Shown here: in pieces, positions 12,323 through 24,752 of the stretch
How the letters are laid out: each line of letters opens with the position of its first letter
How positions within the stretch are numbered: position 1 is the stretch's first letter
Origin: Octopus sinensis
Lineage: Eukaryota
Assembly (NCBI RefSeq): GCF_006345805.1
Contig: NC_043013.1
Span: 15,500,001-15,564,000 of the forward strand
DNA: 64,000 bases
Reading direction: 5' to 3'
Position numbers and translations under genes: made by a program
The notes under the pieces: generated by a model
Seen by the model: the letters and a program-made list of their open reading frames with translations, nothing else
Told to the model about the DNA's origin: nothing
Database searches by the model: none

Positions 12323-13004
12323 GTGGTGAGTTTGCCATGATAATGAAAATGATGACGACAATGAAGAGGAAGAAAAAGAAAGACAAAAAAGAAAAAAATG
12401 AGCATTGAAAAGAAGAAAAAGAGAAGGAATGTGCTGGAGGGATAAGAGATGGAGTATGAGAAAGAGGAGGAGGAAGAGGAGGAGGAGAAGAAGAAGAAGA
12501 AGAAGAAGAAGAAGAACTAATAATAAGACTGTGAAGAAGAAAAGATGAGAAAAGTAGTAGCAGCAGCTCAGCAGCAGAAGCAGCTGCTGAACAGTAGCTC
12601 TGCAGCAACAGCTGCAGCTGCATCAGCGACAACAGTAGTTGTATCAACAACAACAGCAGTAGTAGTAATTATTTTTGCTTGAAGCATTGTAATATTGGAG
12701 AAGGTAAAAAGAGAAAAAAAATAGAAAGCTTCTGACAATGCGGCAAGTTTAATAAAACGTTTATATTTTAGGTGCAAAGGCCCATCTTCAGAAGACAAGA
12801 ACAGTCTGAGAAAAGTTCTGTTATGTAGGTTTTGTTAATTCATTTAAATTCCCTAGTGCCATTCCCTAATGCTATGGAATTTGAATGGGTTAACAGAACC
12901 TAAAGGACTGGACTTTTCTCAGACTGTTCTTTTTTCCTGAAGATGGACCTTTGAGCCCGAAATATTAAAGTAATAGTTTGTTTTTAAAAAAGATCTGTAC
13001 TTAC

Positions 13005-13146
13005 AGTCATCACTTCTGATATCACAGGAAAATCCTTTCCATCCCTTTGGACACTTACATTCTCCACTAAGGGCATTACATGTCACATTGTTTCTACAAG
13101 TACAGTTGTTCAGGCAGTCAATGCCCCATGTAGATGAAAGACAATC
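13005..13146 (-). CDS. Exon: laminin-type/MEGF-like EGF repeat DCLSSTWGIDCLNNCTCRNNVTCNALSGECKCPKGWKGFSCDIRSDD (0->1)
   Basis: CxCxNxxxCxxxxGxCxCxxGWxGxxC motif, ccctccag acceptor, T|GTAAGT donor, 142 nt. Confidence 0.95.
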
Positions 13147-13199
13147 CTGGAGGGACACAAAAACAGGATTATATGATGGGCTGTCATTGGGTGATAATC

Positions 13200-13450
13200 T
13201 GTCACACTAGGTCATATTGAGTTACATTATGTTATAAAGGATTACATTGGGTTACACTAGGTTACACTAAGCTACACTAGATTACACTGTAGATCGTTAT
13301 ATTATAAAAGCTTTCTGGATTTTATTGTTATACATTATTGAATTACACAAGGTTGCCTGGGTTGCAACAGGTTACATTGGATTATACTGAGTTACATTGC
13401 TGAGTGACATTGCATTACAAAGGGGGTGGATTATCCTGGGTTACATTACT
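13200..13450. repeat. Degenerate 10-bp repeat (GGTTACACTA-like)
   Basis: Recurrent ggttacact/gattacatt units just upstream of the 13146 acceptor. Confidence 0.65.
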
Positions 13451-13579
13451 GATCGACATTTGTAATAGCCATGGATTACACTGGCCACCATTGTTGTAGC
13501 CTAACATTAAAACCAATTATTTCAGATAGTAGTATTATTATTGCATTATTAATACTACTATCTTTCAAGTTCTATAGGC

Positions 13580-13990
13580 GCAGGAGTGGCTGTGTGGTAA
13601 GTAGCTTGCTAACCAACCACATGGTTCCGGGTTCAGTCCCACTGCGTGGCATCTTGGGCAAGTGTCTTCTGCTATAGCCCCGGGCCGACCAATGCCTTGT
13701 GAGTGGATTTGGTAGACGGAAACTGAAAGAAGCCTGTCGTATATATGTATATATATATAAGTGTGTGTATATGTTTGTGTGTCTGTGTTTGTCCCCCTAG
13801 CATTGCTTGACAACCGATGCTGGTGTGTTTACGTCCCCGTCACTTAGCGGTTCGGCAAAAGAGACCGATAGAATAAGTACTGGGCTTACAAAGAATAAGT
13901 CCCGGGGTCGATTTGCTCGACTGAAGGCGGTGCTCCAGCATGGCCGCAGTCAAATGACTGAAACAAGTAAAAGAGTAAAAGAGTAAAGAG
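13580..13990 (+). mobile_element. About 400-bp tRNA-type SINE with CORE-like block; near-identical copies 6097-6503(+) and 59248-59630(+); others 2712-3118(-), 28980-29342(-), 57715-58025(-), 24820-25005(+), 43140-43282(-), 47240-47575(+)
   Basis: B-box-like GGTTCAGTCCC, TTGGGCAAGTGTCTTCT block, internal (TA)/(TG) tract, 3' (GTAAAAGA)n tail. Confidence 0.9.
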
Positions 13991-16265
13991 TACCAAGACA
14001 ACAACGTAGAGTTTCTTTTCATTATGTCCACTATGTCGATGTTATGGTACATGTGGGTACTCTGGATGAGATTTTTAAGGAGTCTGCTGTAGTGTTTTTT
14101 TAACACCATTCTCAATAGTGCCTTAACTCATTAACTAGTGACCTTGTACTGTTTAGAAGCAAAGTGTTGATTTGTTATGATTACAATCAGATGAAGATCC
14201 GGGGGCTTGATGCCTGAATTCATTTTGCTGCATCTGGCAATCTTCTGAGCGCCATCAGGCATGTAATTAAGACTAACTGTCCAATAATAAATTGCTGATG
14301 TGTTAACAGTGTTTTGTTTCCATACAATATTGTGCCACAGAATATACCTGTAAAATTTCAACTAGTATATATAGACAGATGTAAATACATTGTCATTTAT
14401 AAACAGTATTTTAGTTGACAGGAAAAGAAGGATCATTCAAACTGTTTTTAACCTCGTCAATCCTCAATATTCCCCTTAAATGTTGACAAAGATCTTGCAT
14501 ATAAACCTCTCCCCTATTATTAAGGGCTTAAGTAAATTGGACAGATCGATTTGGTTATTATATTTGCCAAGGGTTTAAAGTAAATTATTTCGACTTATTG
14601 CATATATAACGCATTCTTGGCAGCTAATTCGATCTATAAATTGCTTTTGTGTAAAGAGTGCTTTGTTTCAGTGGTCTGTTGTACAACAAAATATATTTAT
14701 AGATTTTAACCAAGGCTGTATATATTTATAGAAAGATGTAAACACCTTGTCATTCTATACATCTTTGTTGCCAGAAAATCAGGGTCCATTTGAACTAGAT
14801 TCACTCTCGTCTACGGCTCATTACATATTCCTTTTTAGTTATATAATTACTTCTAATTAGCACCGCAGTACATAACGCATTAAGTATATCAACACTAACT
14901 GACATATCTATCTTTCTGTCTGTTTCACTGTTTGTCTCATTAGGTAATTATGTCTAATTATCTCTATAATCATCCCTTTGTTAAAATATGTATTAACATT
15001 AATGACGTATCTATATTTAGTGATATATCTCGTGATATAATTATTTCTAGTTAACTCTGTAATGTTCCTTATATTAATTGTTTTAACATTAATTTAACTA
15101 TTGTTTTTTTCCCAGTGGACGACGTGTACAGGTAATGTAAGAGAATTCAAAGAAGAGTTTTTAATAATTTAGTTGTAGTGTTGAATGAAGACGTTAACAT
15201 TTTGGGGCTTTGCGCTTCATTTGAAATTGTGTGTGTGTGTGTGTGTGTGTGTTTGAGAGAGAGAGAGAGAAAGAGAGAGAGAGAAACAAGGGAGAGAGAT
15301 AGGGAGAGAGAAAGAGTGGAGAAGAAAGGGACCGAGAGAGAGAGAGAGAAACAAGGGAGAGAGATAGGGAGGGAGAAAGAGTGGAGAAGAAAGGGACAGA
15401 GAGAGAGAGAGTGAGAGAGAGAGAGAGAGAGAAAGAGAAGCGAGGGGAGAGAAATAAAGTTTGGTCTAATTTTGCAATATAAAAAAGGTCATGTATAAAG
15501 ATTGTCATGAAAGTATGTGTACTGAAACTACAAAATCTAGATTTTAAGGCAGGCTTTATGGATACAAGAACTTAGGAGAGGTTTATGGCGCAATGAATAA
15601 GATAATTTTGTCATATTTCATTGTCAGTTGAAGGAGCAGGACAATTCTTCAGTATAATACTGTATCTCATGAGCACCTAAAAATGGTCTTTTCTGTCTTC
15701 AAGTCTGAGGAAATTTTGGTGGAAAGACAAAAGTTAGAGTTCATTACTGAATGACCAGCTCAAAGCAATAACTCTCTTTCTATCTTTCACTCTTTCCCTG
15801 TCTCCATCTGAGGCCCTTACTTTGACCAGCCTCTCTCTGTGAAACTCCCTCAGGACATCCATTTGAAACCTAGAGCCTTTACTCATCGTCTGACCACGTG
15901 CAACAAACGAACGACCTTCCAATGAGAAAATACTTTCAAGATGAAGTTCATTCACATTTGAGTGACTCTGATGTGTGCATTGTTTTCTGTTGTCAAGGCA
16001 ACAATAACCAAACTCACTACGACACCTGCTCAGCTCTTTTTCGTTCAACGTCAGGGTACACTGCTTCTATTTAAGTCAGGTTTCTATTTAGAAAGACCAC
16101 GTCCAAATGTCAAATATTTGGATTGGGTGAGAAGAAAGGGCTCCATACTGAAAGAAACGCAAACCAGTGAGAGAGTCCCTGTACGGTATTTCTGCAGGCT
16201 TGCAATTTCAGTAAACCCTACCTCAGATATTCACTTCCTATTGTTTCTTAAAGAAAGGGCCCCAT

Positions 16266-16661
16266 ATATCTCTATATGTATAAAGCTGAAGTTGTCTGTG
16301 TATGGCAGGTTTGGTAGCCTTCAACTAACACCATCTCCTCCGAGACCCTGTGGCGCAAGTTGACCAAAATTGAGAGTATGATAGAAGAAGGCTCGCTCTT
16401 CCTTCCGTAGAAGAAAAAATTCAAATCGGATCATGTTAACACCAAAAATTATTTACATAAAAAAGGTGCCTTTTTTTCTATGAAAATCCCTATTTTTTAC
16501 GATTTTTTGACTGCTGAGTCGCCATTTTTCGGTGTATTTCAACCAGAAAAATGTTCACTTAAAGAGAATAACAAGCTACATAATGCAAAAGTTTTACTTT
16601 TCAAAAATTCCAATTCTAAAGGGTCGAAACAAACCCGAGCAACGCCGGGCGATACTGCTAG
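16266..16661 (-). mobile_element. Related Helitron/Helentron-like element with the same 5' end and a different interior
   Basis: Reverse complement of CTAGCAGTATCGCCCGGCGTTGCTCGGG at 16634-16661; 3' end ...TTTATACATATAGAGAT. Confidence 0.6.
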
Positions 16662-16952
16662 CGATATGGGAAATGTATAAATTAAGTATGGAAAAAGAAA
16701 AAAAGACTAGATGGTTGCACTTGAAATATCTTTGATACAAGGATTACTACATTAGGGTTAGCCTGGGGTTAAACAACAACAACAACAATAACAACAACGA
16801 TAACAGCTGTAGTAGCAGCAACTATTGCAACATTAGCAGCAGCAGCTGAAGCAGTATGCAGAAACAACAGTAGTAGCAACCAGAACAACAACAAACAACC
16901 ACACACACACACTCACACACACACACGCACACACATACACACACGCATACAC

Positions 16953-16985
<33 letters not shown>

Positions 16986-17093
16986 CACACACACACAAAC
17001 ACACGCATACGCATACACTCACGCGAAAAAGTATACATGCAAGCGCGTACGCACACACATTCACTCTCTCTTTCTCCCTTTCACACAGACACA

Positions 17094-17170
<77 letters not shown>

Positions 17171-17195
17171 CCAAACTAACGTTAAGTAGATTTAC

Positions 17196-17291
17196 CTTGT
17201 CACATCCAATGCCATACTTCCCAGCTGGACATTGACACGTCAGGCTCACCGACAGGGTTTTTTCCTCATCTGTGCATTCTCCCCACTTGGG
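17196..17291 (-). CDS. Exon PKWGECTDEEKTLSVSLTCQCPAGKYGIGCDK: end of FN2 (WGxC) plus C-half of split EGF (0->0)
   Basis: tttttatcag acceptor, AAG|GTAAAT donor, 96 nt, WGEC and CxCPxGxYGxxC motifs. Confidence 0.92.
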
Positions 17292-17336
17292 CTGATAAAA
17301 ATATCAATGGCATATATATATATATATTATTTATCT

Positions 17337-17379
<43 letters not shown>

Positions 17380-17396
17380 TACTAATAATAATAATG

Positions 17397-17436
<40 letters not shown>

Positions 17437-18294
17437 TAATAATAATGACAACAACAACAATAAGAACAATAATAATGCAGTACCTATTTCTTTACTACCC
17501 GCAAGGGGCTAAACACAAAGGGGGCAAACAAGGACAGACAAACGGATTAAGTCGATTACATCGACCCCAGTGCGTAACTGGTACTTAATTTATCGGCTCC
17601 GAAAGGATGAAAGGCAAAGTCAACCTCAGCGGAATTTGAACTCAGAACGTAGTGGCAGACGAAATACGGCTACGCATTTCGCCCGGCGTGCTAACGTTTC
17701 TGCCAGCTCGCCGCCTTATAATAATGCAGTACCCGGTACTAATTCATGCCCTGATGCAGCGCTTGGCAGTGACTCTCATGGCAACTGAATTTAACTTATT
17801 GGAAGTGTTATCGTACATATTTTGTTTTGTTTATATAAGATGGGCTACAATAAATATTCTACTCAATACCACAGATCTGACAAGCAGATATGTGGTACTT
17901 TAACCAGTTGAACATCTCCTTTAGTGGCTGATGATATGTGTATCTCTGAGCAGGAGTAAAGGGGAGGGTTTTTTTCATGGATCGAGAGGAATTCTTTGGG
18001 GTTTCAATAATCGACTTTTGGAAACATAGGTGTTTCGTTCAGCATCCTTAAACAACCCTTATTCAGGGATCTTTTGAGCTGGATGCACTACTCGATCTGA
18101 AGAAAATTCTAATTGGGCTCCGCCTACTATGTCATGCGCTGTTAATCTTGATATGAGATCACCATGTCGTGCACACATGGTTGTGATGCATGTGCCTGGT
18201 GTGCCCTTATCAGACGGATAGTCATGATGCGCATACTGGGCTTTGTATATTTTATCCCAGCCTCACTTTGATGGCATGCACTGCTCTCTCACTC

Positions 18295-18335
<41 letters not shown>

Positions 18336-18340
18336 TAATA

Positions 18341-18380
<40 letters not shown>

Positions 18381-18518
18381 TAATAATAATAATAGTAAAT
18401 AATAATAATAATACTTATAGTAAATAATAATAATAATATAGTAAATAATAATAATAATATTATAATAATAATAATGATAATAATAATAATAGTAAATAAT
18501 AATAATATACTAATAATG

Positions 18519-18560
<42 letters not shown>

Positions 18561-18574
18561 TAATAATAATGACG

Positions 18575-18607
<33 letters not shown>

Positions 18608-18735
18608 TGATAATAATTGATGAGAATATAATATTAGTAAATAATAATAATAATGATATAATAATCATAATAATAGTAAATAATAATAATATAATAATGA
18701 TAATAATAATTAATATATAAAATAATAATAATACT

Positions 18736-18810
<75 letters not shown>

Positions 18811-18830
18811 GCACAATGCCAACGACGTAC

Positions 18831-18993
18831 GTCCTTCGTTTCGCTCCCGGCTGTCACACACCATCCTTTACATTCGCTTGCGATGCCAGAGTGACCGATA
18901 CCATATAACTGCCGTCTCAGACCGAACACCAAGAGAGTATCAGGTCCTCCGCAGCTTTGCATAGCACTTCCGGAGCACTTTGATGTACATTCG
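18831..18993 (-). CDS. Exon: WSC end ECTSKCSGSAMQSCGGPDTLLVF plus FN2 C-half start ECKGWCVTAGSETKD (2->0)
   Basis: CxxxCxGxxxxxCGG WSC motif, tttatttcag acceptor, GAC|GTACGT donor, 163 nt. Confidence 0.92.
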
Positions 18994-19289
18994 CTGAAAT
19001 AAAGACAATTAAAATGATTTTATGCAGACCACAAACCATTAAAAAAGTTTTAACTAATTTTATGCCATTACATATCTTCTACCATGCATCTTTTGTGCTC
19101 CCTCTCTGGACCTCCTAGAATAATTTACAGCCTTATTGCTGGTTCTACCAGCACTGGGTGGAGATGGCAATATAGTTTCCAAACTGACCGCTCTACCTCA
19201 GGCCCTTGTTAACCCATGCAATGGAGAGGTTTGTAAAAAGCAACCAAACTGGCTATGTTCAGTTCGATTTTCATTCTACCTTCACATCT

Positions 19290-19690
19290 TCATCATCATC
19301 ATCATCGTTTAACATCTGCTTTCCATGCTAGCATGAGTTGGACGATTTGACTGAAGACTAGCAAACCAGATGGCTGCATCAGGCTCCAATCTTGATCTGG
19401 CAGAGTTTCTACAGCTGGATGCCCTTCCTATCGCCAACCACTTCGAGAGTGTAGTGGGTGCTTTTACGTGCCACTGGCACGAGGGCCAATCAGACGGTAC
19501 TGGCAACGGCCACCAAAAAAAATTTTTTTACGTGTCACCTGCACACCGGCACAAGTGCCAGTAAGGCGACGCTGGTAACGATCACGCTCGAATGGTGCCC
19601 TTTTAAGTGCCACCGGCACAGACGCCAGTTAGGCACTCTGGCAACGATCACACTCAGCATGGATGCCAGTCATCGAATTTGATTTCGATT
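19290..19690 (-). mobile_element. SINE with (GAT)n tail and tandem TTTACGTGCCACCGGCAC units; second copy 4270-4612(+)
   Basis: GGATGCCCTTCCTA..GCCAACCAC block and (ATC)n end, in both copies. Confidence 0.75.
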
Positions 19691-19785
19691 TCACTTGCAT
19701 CAACAGGTCTTTGCAAACAGTGTCCAATGAAGGGAAGGTATGCATAAGTGGGCTGGTTACACCCCTGGCATAGGCCACAAGGTTA

Positions 19786-20015
19786 TGGTCTCACTTGGCT
19801 TGCCAGATCTTCTCAAGCACAGCATATTTCCAAAAGTCTCGGTCACTGGTCCTTGCCTCGGCGAGGCCTAATGTTCAAAGGTCATGCTTCACCAATTCAT
19901 CCCAGGTCTTCCTGGGTCTACCTCTTCCATAGGTTCCCGCAACTTCTAGGGTGTGGCACTTTTTAACGTTGCTATCCTCATCCATTCTCGCCACATGACC
20001 ATTCCAGTGCAGATG
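19786..20015 (-). mobile_element. RTE-clade LINE C-terminal fragment
   Basis: LHWNGHVARMDEDSNVKKC...GRGRPRKTWDELVKHDL. Confidence 0.85.
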
Positions 20016-20419
20016 CTGATTAATGCTCGAAAAAGTACAATCTCAAATACAAGTGGTAAAAAAAAAACGTTACTCGACAAAGTGCATAGCTCAGCGATAA
20101 GGAGTCTCTTGAGGTTGAGCCGCAGCTCTTCTGCATTGAGAGGCTACAACTCTGATACTACAGAGGTATTATTAGAATATTATTTTTCTCTCTATGGCTT
20201 CAGTTTAGAGATGAAGGGCTCATAAAGAGCTATGTTATTGATACTAGCTAGGGTTCCTAGCCTGATGGTAGTGGTGATGGAGAGACAGGGCAGAATTCTT
20301 GCCATAGAGGCAAATATGGGAAATGTGATGGCGCCAAACCTAGAAAAGCCCACCACTACGCTCATCGACAGATCCCACATTGTCTGTCTGTTTGTCTCTT
20401 CCCCCTTCTTTTGCTCTGC

Positions 20420-20870
<451 letters not shown>

Positions 20871-21274
20871 CTCGCAATATATTTATGCTTAATTAACATT
20901 TTTGATATTCTCTATATGAAATATATTAACATTATCTTAACAGATTTTCTTTCAGAAGGGATCACTAAATTCTTTACATGTAAATAATATGAAATCTCCT
21001 TATACCAGCCTACATACCATCTTGTACATTTAAGGGAAGCATGGTGAATATGTTTTCTCGAGGAAGCCATAATAAGACTGAAAGATTTACTGAGTTGTTT
21101 CCTGTGGTACCCAGATAATTAGAAATAGATTAGTTATGTACTAATATTGTAATATGTTGGTGTTGTTTAACCCTGGGGTACCTCTGAATGCAAAGAACTT
21201 TCATGAAAGACACTCCTACCACAACAGTCTCTCACCGTTTTAATCCACCGAAGTACATGTTAAAGATGACTTAC

Positions 21275-21364
21275 CTTTCATCTACGCGGTTCGAAGGATC
21301 CAGGTTGTTATCGCAGAAACATTCCTTACCACCTTTTGTACCAGAGAATTTTAAATTCTTTTTG
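21275..21364 (-). CDS. Exon: WSC middle KKNLKFSGTKGGKECFCDNNLDPSNRVDE (2->2)
   Basis: FxGxxxGxECFCxN WSC motif, AG|GTAAGT donor, 90 nt. Confidence 0.92.
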
Positions 21365-21383
21365 CTGCAGCAAAAGGATATAA

Positions 21384-21480
<97 letters not shown>

Positions 21481-21483
21481 CTG

Positions 21484-21522
<39 letters not shown>

Positions 21523-21527
21523 TAATA

Positions 21528-21966
21528 ATAATAATACAAAAATCGCCACGATAGGATAGGAGAGTATTTACATTGGAAAATATGCAAACATTACGAAATC
21601 AGCAGTCCTGCTTACTGGTATGAATATCATCCTGTGCCAGTCGTTGAATGTAAAAATATCACTGTCCTCTGGGATTTTTCAGTCTACACTGACAGAATGA
21701 TCCAGGGTGATCTACCAGGCATAATTATTACAGATAAGGAAGAAAATATATCTGTAAAGGCATTTGATAAATTAGGTAGATATAAAGACATGGAAATTGA
21801 AATACAAAAGATGTGGTCTCCTAAAGCAAGACCTGTCTCTAGGTATGATAAAAAGGGATGTCAGAAACATCTAGATAACGTCCCAGGAGAACCATGTCTC
21901 AGAGAAATCTAAAAGATCATGCTGACAAGTACTGCCCACGTCCTTAGAAAAACTCTATCAATTTAA
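21528..21966 (+). mobile_element. Dong/R4-clade LINE 3' fragment (restriction-like endonuclease)
   Basis: YKNRHDRIGEYLHWKICKHY...VLWDFSVYTD...KIMLTSTAHVLRKTL; begins directly after an (AAT)n tract. Confidence 0.85.
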
Positions 21967-22223
21967 ATGTCTGTTGTACCACATGAAGATATTTTTCTAC
22001 TGTCCCCCACTGCCATTTCTTCTCCCAAAGCTTTTATCAGTTCTTATCCTTCACTCGCCATAGGACGCTGGGTGTGTCTTGGTAAGTGATTGTAACAAAC
22101 ATGCAGATTAAAAGTTTAAAAAAAAATCCTTTCTACTATAGATACAATTTGGGGGAGGGGGATAGTCGATTACATTGACCCCAGTATTGAACTGGTAGAG
22201 AGAGAGAGAGAGAGAAGAGAGAA

Positions 22224-22286
<63 letters not shown>

Positions 22287-22334
22287 AGAGACAAGGCAGG
22301 TGGACAGATAGATAAATAGATAAGTAGTAAAAGT

Positions 22335-22366
<32 letters not shown>

Positions 22367-22459
22367 GAGAGAAAGAGATAGAAAGAGAGAGAGAGAGAGA
22401 GAAAAAGAGAGTGAGAGAGAGAGAGATATCAAGGAGATTGGTAAATTGAACTCTATAAC

Positions 22460-22623
22460 CTGCAGAGAGCATGGCAGTTTTCAGGGCTGACATCTGATTC
22501 CGGCATGTCTTGTTTCAGTTGCAAAAGGCTCTCCTCTGAGTCTTTGAAACAACCGAGATAAACGGCATTTTCATTGGTCTTCTTCTGACCACCTGTCACT
22601 GTCCGGCCAATGCTACTGAAATC
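22460..22623 (-). CDS. Exon: start of WSC domain ...AVYLGCFKDSEESLLQLKQDMPESDVSPENCHALC (0->2)
   Basis: YLGCFxD...CxxxC WSC signature, cttcttatag acceptor, CAG|GTTATA donor, 164 nt. Confidence 0.9.
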
Positions 22624-22680
22624 CTATAAGAAGTGATATAACACAACATCAGAGAAAATAACAATATACATAGATACATA

Positions 22681-22732
<52 letters not shown>

Positions 22733-23015
22733 ATATGCCATATATATTTATCAAGTCATCCCATAAGTTCTGTCCGATTTTACCTTTTATAAAATTGAAG
22801 GAAATTTAGTTGTATTTTAGAATGTCTAATACAATAAAACTTTTTATTGCATTTGTGTGCATTTAAACTAATCGAATATTATTTTACAGAATAATGGAAT
22901 TATTTTTTTTTATTAAAATCCTTTCTAACATGGAAGTATTCAAAGAGCATTTGGGGTACATAATACTTTATGAGTACAAAAATTAATCTGAGAGACAGCC
23001 ATAGAACAAAAGAGT

Positions 23016-23122
<107 letters not shown>

Positions 23123-23135
23123 AAAATAAACTGAC

Positions 23136-23302
23136 TTTGAATGTATCCTTCTTCTGTAAAGTGTCGACTATCCCGTAGTATTTGTTCACAGAACCATATA
23201 AGTGAGAACTTTCAATAAGTATTCGGCCAACACCGCCTTTTCCACCGCACATCAGAGCTCCTTGACCACCGAGTCCACCATCCGTATTTAACTTGTCTGT
23301 AC
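23136..23302 (-). CDS. Exon TDKLNTDGGLGGQGALMCGGKGGVGRILIESSHLYGSVNKYYGIVDTLQKKDTFK (1->0): end of Gly-rich region
   Basis: atcttccag acceptor, AAA|GTCAGT donor, 167 nt, GGxGGxGRIxI motif. Confidence 0.9.
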
Positions 23303-23422
23303 CTGGAAGATAATGGCATTTCAAGATCAAATACATTGTAGACATTTGGGAAACACATTTACCAAAAATCCTTAACTATTTCGCTGGCCAGTTCCACTAC
23401 AGTCCACCGATATTCCTGAATA

Positions 23423-23880
23423 GGGATCTTTTCGGTTTGAACGGCAGTTTTTAACATAATTTCTAGGAAACTAAAAAATTTTAAACTTCGTATACTGGTA
23501 GAATGTTTTTATAAAACTTCTTTTTCCCTTGGCTTTATTGAGAAAATTTTATAGTTTGTAAGATATTTGTTGTTTTTTTTCTTCAATTTCTGCAATTTCA
23601 ACCAATCAATGACGTCTATTGAGGTGAAAACATTATGTGCTGTATGAATCTGTCCCTCGTTTAAGAAACAGATTGGGTTTATTTACATTTCTGAAGAGAA
23701 AAAGATACCTTCCCCCCACCCCTAACCCTAATTCTAACCCTAACTCTAACCCTAACTCTAACCCTAACTCTAACCCTAACCCTAAACCTAAAACAGATTG
23801 AAATGCAAGGGTCATAATTATGGGTGACAATTTCATATGACACCGCTAGAAAAAACTGCCGTTCAAACCGAAAAGATCCC
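23423..23880. mobile_element. 458-bp MITE with about 30-bp TIRs, 6-bp TSD (TGAATA) and internal telomere-like (CCCTAA/CTCTAA)n
   Basis: GGGATCTTTTCGGTTTGAACGGCAGTTTTT ... AAAAACTGCCGTTCAAACCGAAAAGATCCC; TGAATA at 23417-23422 and 23881-23886. Confidence 0.88.
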
Positions 23881-24568
23881 TGAATAGTGCCATTACAACC
23901 CATCTATATCATTGACCAGTCAGCAAACTCTTTGACTAAGACTGTACTGATGTGAAATGAAATATATGCATGTGTACGTGTGTGCATGTGTGCGTATGTG
24001 TATGTGTATGTGTGTATGTGTGTGTGTGTGCGCGCGTGTGTGTGTGTGTTTTAAAACAAAAGCAAGTTGGTTGTTGATAACATCAGGAATAGCAAATGAT
24101 AAACCCGAAGATAAACTGTTGTTTAGGACAAAGCCAGAAAATGGGAGATTAGTAATATAAATTTCATTTTATTTTTGTTATTTCAATCATGTCAAATGAG
24201 AAGTTTCCGAAACGCTCGTTTATCTTTTCGCTTCTCATTGCTCTTAGAAAGAAGCCCGTCGTATATATGGGCTTTGTTTTTGTTTTGGTGTCTCGCTCTG
24301 CTGTATGCGACTATGAGGATTTGCATCTCCAACGAAACTCGTCTTTTTCCCAAACTTCTCAAACCTGCTATAATGTAATACATGTCTTTGGTGTGGTAAT
24401 TGTGCGCGGCCGAGGAAGGCTATTGACATACATGTTACATCAATTATGCATTGATATAAACTGTCCAATAAAGCCAGAAACATATGTACCGCTAAATCCT
24501 TTGCATCCTGTTTTTCTTTTGATAAATATAAAGAGACCGATAGAATAAGTACTAGGCTTTTCTGTGTA

Positions 24569-24606
24569 TCTTTCTGTTGAAGAGCGTAGACTCGAAACGT
24601 AAAAGA
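24569..24606 (+). ncRNA. Hammerhead-like motif, variant core CUGUUGA-A
   Basis: tcttt CTGTTGA a gagc-gtag-actc GAAA cg TA aaaga: 5-bp stem I, loopless CG stem III, one stem II mismatch. Confidence 0.55.
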
Positions 24607-24700
24607 CTTGTTTTATTTATATTCCTGAGCGCCAACTAATACAATTGTTGTTTGTATTCCACCTGCCTTCGTCTTTTGTTATTTTCATAAAGCTTCCCGT

Positions 24701-24752
<52 letters not shown>

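Noticed and set aside
11994-12653. 219-aa minus-strand ORF with polyS/H/N runs
   Set aside because: Compound trinucleotide and GA-rich repeat with no splice-phase fit; exons 13005 and 9952 join without it.
14131-14361. Minus-strand ORF with a tttacag acceptor
   Set aside because: The phase 0 frame hits a stop; it looks like a decayed LINE piece, and exons 17196 and 13146 join directly.
15116-15131. Plus-strand microexon-like motifs (also 60121-60144) with AG/GT borders
   Set aside because: Isolated, with no other plus-strand exons to link to; expected by chance in 64 kb.
23703-23790. (CCCTAA)n as a true telomere or chromosome-fusion scar
   Set aside because: It lies inside a TIR/TSD-bounded MITE that recurs at 63655-64000.
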